From an uncultured delta proteobacterium (GTDB lineage Bacteria > Desulfobacterota > Binatia > UBA9968), in contig CAWFJP010000003.1 of assembly GCA_963816145.1 (NCBI GenBank), forward strand, positions 352,001-416,000: DNA of 64,000 nt, in the 5' to 3' direction. Of this stretch, positions 59,584 to 64,000 are shown piece after piece (position 1 is the first letter of the stretch; each line of letters begins with the position of its first letter). Under the pieces are notes generated by a model. That model was not told the origin of the DNA, did not search any database, and saw nothing but the letters and a program-made list of their open reading frames with translations. The position numbers and the translations under genes were made by a program.

Positions 59584-60594
59584 ATGCAAAATACTATGAA
59601 CAGAAACATCAAAAGACTATTACTGACCGGATTGCTGGCACTAACCTTCGCTTCCCCCGCCCAAGCCGCCACTAAAGTTTCCTTTCCATATACGCCCATC
59701 GGCGTCGCCAGTTGGCCCTGGTGGATCGCCAAGGATGCTGGCTACTTCGAAAAGCAGGGACTCGATGTCGACATGATCTACGTCGGCGCTTCCCCGGTGA
59801 TCGTCCAAGCCATGCTCGGCGGCCAAGCTGGAGTGGGTGCCGGCGGCGGCACGCCCTTGGTCACTAACGTCCTGCAAGGCGGCGATGTCGTTCAAGTCGC
59901 CACCATGGTCCCCTACGCTATCCAATCCTTGATAGTCCGTTCCGATATCAAGACGACAAAAGAGCTGTCCGGTAAAAAGATTGGCGTCAGCCGCTTGGGC
60001 GCGATCCCGCACTTCACCTTGCAGGCGATCACCAAGCTCTACAACGTCCAAGGCGTCAACGTCGTTCAGACCGGAACGACGGCTCAAGGCGTGGCGAGCC
60101 TGTCCCAAGGTTTGATCGACGGCGTCATCACCTCCGCGCCGAATACGTTTAGATTGATTAAAGACGGCTACCGCGAGCTAGTCAGCCCGAAGGATTTCAG
60201 GAAACTAAACTTTGAATTCTTGATCAACGGCCTGGTCGCCCGCCGCTCTTTCGGCGCCAAGAACCGCGAGATCGTCATCGGAATGATTAAAGCGACCATG
60301 GAAGGCACGAAGAGAATGTTTACGGACGAGAAGTATTCGAAAGCGATCCTCGCCAAATACACCCGCCAATCCGAAGCCGAAGTGCTCGAACAAAGCTACC
60401 GCTTCGCCCTCGACATCTACGTCAAAGACCCGACGGTTACGGCAAGTTCAATCCAACCCATCGTCCAACAAGCCGCCGAGTGGCAGCAGATCGATGCCAA
60501 ACTTGCGGCGTCGACGCCGACTAGCGCGTACTACGACAACAGCTACATCGAAGAGATCAAGAAGTCGGGGTTCTTTGCGCAGCTGTGGCGATAG
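59584..60594 (+). CDS. NMT1/SsuA-like ABC substrate-binding protein (orphan)
   Basis: GYFEKQGLDVDMI, LSGKKIGVSRLG, YYDNSYIEEIKKSGFF. Confidence 0.88.
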   Translation: MQNTMNRNIKRLLLTGLLALTFASPAQAATKVSFPYTPIGVASWPWWIAKDAGYFEKQGLDVDMIYVGASPVIVQAMLGGQAGVGAGGGTPLVTNVLQGGDVVQVATMVPYAIQSLIVRSDIKTTKELSGKKIGVSRLGAIPHFTLQAITKLYNVQGVNVVQTGTTAQGVASLSQGLIDGVITSAPNTFRLIKDGYRELVSPKDFRKLNFEFLINGLVARRSFGAKNREIVIGMIKATMEGTKRMFTDEKYSKAILAKYTRQSEAEVLEQSYRFALDIYVKDPTVTASSIQPIVQQAAEWQQIDAKLAASTPTSAYYDNSYIEEIKKSGFFAQLWR

Positions 60595-60640
60595 GGCGTT
60601 TGCAACTTGGTGATCAGCCCGTTCGACAGGAGGAACCGCG

Positions 60641-61084
60641 ATGTTGCCGGCCTTCAACGAAGCAGGAGATTTGCCACCTGGCGTGTATACCGCCTCATTG
60701 GGAGAAGTGCTGGAACGCTTTGGTTCTGGGTCCGCTCAGCGGAGCATGGTCGCAGATCGCCTGACCCGTATCTATCAACTCGCGGTATAGACCGGCCATT
60801 TAGCGCGATTTATCGTTTTTGGTTCGTTCATTACTGCCAAATCCCAGCCAAACGACGTTGACGTCGTCCTGCTGATGGAGGATCGGTTCGACCTGGCTGC
60901 CGTAACCGATGAGGCAACGCTACTGTTTCAACACTTGGAAGCACAGGCCCGCTTTGGAGCGAGCGTGTTCTGGGTCCGCCGCACTGGAACTTTGGGAGGA
61001 GAGTCGGCCATGATAGAATACTGGCAAACTCGCCGTGAGGGCGGGCAACGTGGTATTGTTGAGATCCGAACGGAGGACATATGA
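60641..61084 (+). pseudogene. DUF6932-like nucleotidyltransferase (Pol-beta fold) with in-frame TAG
   Basis: AGGAGG RBS; MLPAFNEAGDLPPGVY...YQLAV*TGHLARFIVFGSFITAKSQPNDVDVV...RGIVEI; stop at 60788-60790. Confidence 0.8.
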
Positions 61085-61287
61085 TTGCCAACGATCAACA
61101 ACTTAAAAAAACCTTGGAACGCATTGCATGGTTTCAAGATCAAGTAACCCATCTACGTAGAACGGAAACCAATCCGACAAACTATCGTGCAGCAGTATCC
61201 GGCTTCCTAACCGAAATCGACCGCATGCAGCTAGAGGTTCGTGAATATCTCAGTGTTCTGCCAGCTGAGAAAGGACGGGCAGCCTGA
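61081..61287 (+). CDS. 68-aa helical protein, translationally coupled partner of the nucleotidyltransferase
   Basis: GGAGG RBS, ATGA overlap, amphipathic helices. Confidence 0.75.
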   Translation: MIANDQQLKKTLERIAWFQDQVTHLRRTETNPTNYRAAVSGFLTEIDRMQLEVREYLSVLPAEKGRAA

Positions 61288-61650
61288 CTGGGCGCTCACC
61301 GTTCCTTCTCCTCGAAAAACCGCGAGATCGTCATCGAAATGATTAAAGCGCCCATGGAATGCACGAAGAGAATGTTTACGGATGAGAAGTATTCGAAAGC
61401 GATCCTCGCCAAATACACCCGTCAATCCGAAGCCGAAGTGCTCGACCAAAGCGACCGCTTCGCCCTCGACATCTACGTCAAAGACCCGACCGTAACGGCA
61501 AGTTCAATCCAACCCATCGTCCAGCAAGCCGCCGATTGGCAGCAGATCGATGCTAAACTCGCGGCGTCGACACCGACCAGCGCGTACTATGACAACAGCT
61601 ATATAGAAGAGATTAAAAAGTCAGGTTTTTTTCCCCAGATTTGGCGATGA
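61288..61650 (+). pseudogene. Duplicated 3' end of the upstream SBP gene
   Basis: Gap-free alignment to 60232-60594; roughly 90% identical over the last 333 nt by eye. Confidence 0.9.
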
Positions 61651-61699
61651 AGCAGCGGTTTAATTCCTGCGGATTTAGTTTTGTCCTGCCAACCCCAAC

Positions 61700-62851
61700 A
61701 TGTCCTCGATAACAACAGAACGCTCCCGTTTCGATCAGGTAGGGAGCCTCCTTCGTCCGCAAGCACTCAAAGACGCTTACGCCAGCGATGGAAAGGGCGA
61801 ACTCGGCGACAGCGAATTGGCGCATGTCCAAGATGAATCGGTCAAAGAACTCGTCGCCAAACAAGAAGCTCACGGCGTATCGATTCTCACCGACGGCGAG
61901 TATCGCCGGTTGAACTTTCAAGACAGCTTCGTCGAATCGGTCGCCGGATTCGTTCCCAAGAAACAAACCATGCAGTTTCAAGAAAGCCGCACGGTCGGCG
62001 GCGAAGCATTGCAGCGCTGGGTGCCGGACTCGGGCAAGACCGATCCGGCGTTGCAATATTGGCGACCGATATCTGAGCGACTGCGGCTTGCCCACAATGT
62101 GCCGCTGAATGAATGGCGCTTTGCCTCGGCGTTGACCAAGAAACCGGTCAAGGTGACGCTGATCGCTACGGACCGTATCTGTGAAAACTTTCAACGGCAG
62201 AACGTCGCCGGGGTCTATTCCAGCGCCAACGAGTATCGCGCCGACGTGATCGCCATCGAGCGCGAGATCGTCAAACAACTCGCCATCGCCGGTTGTCCGT
62301 ACGTCCAGCACGACGCGCCGAGCTACACCGCCTACGTCGACGCCAAGTCACTGGAGCGCATGCGCGGCTTGAGGATCGATCCAATGCTGCAGATGACCCA
62401 ATCGATCGACGCGGACAATGACGTCATCGACGGAATTCCCGGCGTCACTTTCGGCATCCATCTTTGCCGCGGCAACGTGCGCAGCATGTGGCACCGCGAG
62501 GGCGCCTACGACGCGATCGCCGAGAAGCTGTTCAACAGCCTGCACCACGATCGCTTTCTTTTGGAATATGACACCGAGCGCGCCGGCACCTTCGAACCGC
62601 TGCGATTCGTCCCGAAGGATAAGATCGTCGTACTGGGTTTAGTCAGCAGCAAGGTTCCGGAGTTGGAATCGGCCGACGCGTTGAAGCGGCGCATTGACGA
62701 GGCCAGCCGCTACATCCCGCTGGAGCAGCTCGCCCTCAGCCCGCAGTGCGGTTTTTCGTCGAACATCGTCGGCAACTTGATCACCGAAGACGACCAGTGG
62801 CGCAAGCTGGAGTTGATTCAACAAGTCGCGGCGGACGTTTGGGGAAACTAG
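61700..62851 (+). CDS. Cobalamin-independent methionine synthase II family protein (single-barrel MetE-like)
   Basis: VGSLLRP, TDGEYRR, IHLCRGN, LEYD, LSPQCGF Zn ligands. Confidence 0.9.
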   Translation: MSSITTERSRFDQVGSLLRPQALKDAYASDGKGELGDSELAHVQDESVKELVAKQEAHGVSILTDGEYRRLNFQDSFVESVAGFVPKKQTMQFQESRTVGGEALQRWVPDSGKTDPALQYWRPISERLRLAHNVPLNEWRFASALTKKPVKVTLIATDRICENFQRQNVAGVYSSANEYRADVIAIEREIVKQLAIAGCPYVQHDAPSYTAYVDAKSLERMRGLRIDPMLQMTQSIDADNDVIDGIPGVTFGIHLCRGNVRSMWHREGAYDAIAEKLFNSLHHDRFLLEYDTERAGTFEPLRFVPKDKIVVLGLVSSKVPELESADALKRRIDEASRYIPLEQLALSPQCGFSSNIVGNLITEDDQWRKLELIQQVAADVWGN

Positions 62852-62864
62852 AAGATTAGGATTT

Positions 62865-63006
62865 CTCCCGCAAAGGCGCTAAGGCGCAAAGGCCGGTGAA
62901 GAATGTCATTTCGACCAAGGGGAAAAATCTGCCTTAGATCCCTCGCATTCGCCCGGGATGACGGGCTTTGCCCGTCACTTAGCGTCTTTGCGCCTTTGCG
63001 GGAGAA
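62865..63006. repeat. 9-mer palindrome with a REP-like element nested in its loop
   Basis: CTCCCGCAAAGGCGCTAAGGCGCAAAG [TGTCATTTCGACC...AGATCCCTCGCATTCGCCCGGGATGAC] CTTAGCGTCTTTGCGCCTTTGCGGGAG. Confidence 0.8.
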
Positions 63007-63041
63007 TATCTTGTCCGAGTATTCCGAAATACCTAATCAAA

Positions 63042-63070
63042 TTGACACCCGCCGGCCCCTTTGTTATTCG
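63042..63070 (+). promoter_or_regulatory. Putative sigma70 promoter
   Basis: TTGACA-N17-TATTCG with extended TG. Confidence 0.45.
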
Positions 63071-63103
63071 ATGGACTACGCCTGAATTTTCTAGGAGCAA
63101 ATC

Positions 63104-64000
63104 ATGAAGAACGGTTTCAAAGCGATGGATTCGGATATGCATGTCATGGAGCCCTGCGATCTGTGGCAGAAGTATATCGACAAAAAATATCTCGACCGCG
63201 CGCCCATCGGTTTGAACCGCCACAAACGCGACCTGGGTGTGGAGGTTGACGGCAAGGTGATGCCGCGGCCGACACCGAAGCCGAATCCCGAGCTGCGCCC
63301 GCTGCGTGAGAAAATCTTGAACGAACGCTACCAGGAAGAAGAAGCGCGCGACTTCGACAACGTGGCGCAAGTGCGCGCCATGGACAAAGAAGGGCTCGAC
63401 GTCGCGATCCTGTACCCGAGCCGCGGATTGTTCGTTCTCGCCGTCGACGGCCTCGATCCCGATCTCGCCGCCGCCATCGCCAAAGCCTACAACGACTGGA
63501 TGCACGACTTCTGCAAGGTCGCTCCTGAGCGCATGTTCGGCGCCGGCATCGTCGCGCCGCACAACATCTCGGCGGCGGTCGAGGAAACCCGCCGCTGCGC
63601 CAAGGAACTGGGCTTTAAAAGCGTCCTGATGCGCCCCAATCATGTCAACGGCAAGATGTGGAGCGATCCCTACTACGATCCGCTCTGGGAGGAGTGTCAG
63701 AAGTTGAATATCCCCATCGGCTTCCACGAAGCCGGACGGGTTTACTTGCCGCAGCCGGCGCTGTCGGAATTCATCCCGAGCTTCACCATGTTCAACACTT
63801 TGTCGTTTCCCATGGCCAACATGTTCGCCTGCACCGACATGATCTACGGCGGCGTGATGGAGCGCTTCCCGAAACTTAAAGTCGCGTACCTCGAAGGCAA
63901 CTGCTCCTGGCTGCCCTGGTTGCTCTGGCGCATGGAGGAATATGGCGAGCTCACAGGTGTAGCCGAGCATCCGCAAATGAAACTGACGCCGCTGGAATAT
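63104..64000 (+). CDS. Amidohydrolase_2 family protein, runs off window end
   Basis: Manual translation MKNGFKAMDSDMHVMEPCDLW...YPSRGL...AYNDW...PIGFH...YLEGNCSW; paralogue of 33887-34996; AGGAG RBS. Confidence 0.9.
   Translation, partial: MKNGFKAMDSDMHVMEPCDLWQKYIDKKYLDRAPIGLNRHKRDLGVEVDGKVMPRPTPKPNPELRPLREKILNERYQEEEARDFDNVAQVRAMDKEGLDVAILYPSRGLFVLAVDGLDPDLAAAIAKAYNDWMHDFCKVAPERMFGAGIVAPHNISAAVEETRRCAKELGFKSVLMRPNHVNGKMWSDPYYDPLWEECQKLNIPIGFHEAGRVYLPQPALSEFIPSFTMFNTLSFPMANMFACTDMIYGGVMERFPKLKVAYLEGNCSWLPWLLWRMEEYGELTGVAEHPQMKLTPLEY

Noticed and set aside
11866-60790. Amber recoding (pyrrolysine or code reassignment) suggested by three in-frame TAGs
   Set aside because: TAG is the normal stop of many intact genes here (ychF, both SDRs, PLD, ptrB); no pyl genes seen; one TAG co-occurs with a frameshift and another lesion is TAA.
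60232-61650. Diversity-generating retroelement TR/VR pair
   Set aside because: Differences are not adenine-specific, many are synonymous third-position changes, and no reverse transcriptase is in the window.
61651-61699. SAM or cobalamin riboswitch before the MetE-like gene
   Set aside because: Only 49 nt of intergenic sequence with no recognisable aptamer motifs.

Overview
GC-rich bacterial chromosomal segment. The gene content (many stand-alone NMT1/SsuA-like and ABC_sub_bind solute-binding proteins, several amidohydrolase_2 paralogues, xanthine-dehydrogenase-family molybdoenzymes) suggests Candidatus Binatia / 'Deltaproteobacteria'; this assignment is inference. About 55 CDS are present: housekeeping genes (ychF, def, ada, korAB-type OFOR, ptrB), one complete NitT/TauT ABC transporter and many catabolic enzymes. 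I saw no rRNA, tRNA, CRISPR array, prophage or intact transposase. Most notable observations: (1) a divergent cluster linking a CADD/PqqC-like heme-oxygenase-like diiron oxidase to 3-hydroxyanthranilate 3,4-dioxygenase, opposite a racemase-fold gene lacking both catalytic Cys, a Mo-hydroxylase and a Cys-rich/caspase-like protein; (2) two integrase-free islets at gene 3' ends: a nucleotidyltransferase plus 68-aa partner bounded by a ~360-bp duplicated gene end, and a methyltransferase plus Y1/RAYT transposase remnant bounded by a perfect 24-bp direct repeat; (3) many intergenic palindromes built from 7-9-nt tandem units, one apparently translated in an SBP N-terminus; (4) several single-lesion pseudogenes, including the enzymatic members of both TA-like pairs. 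Family calls come from motif recognition by eye, with no database searches.
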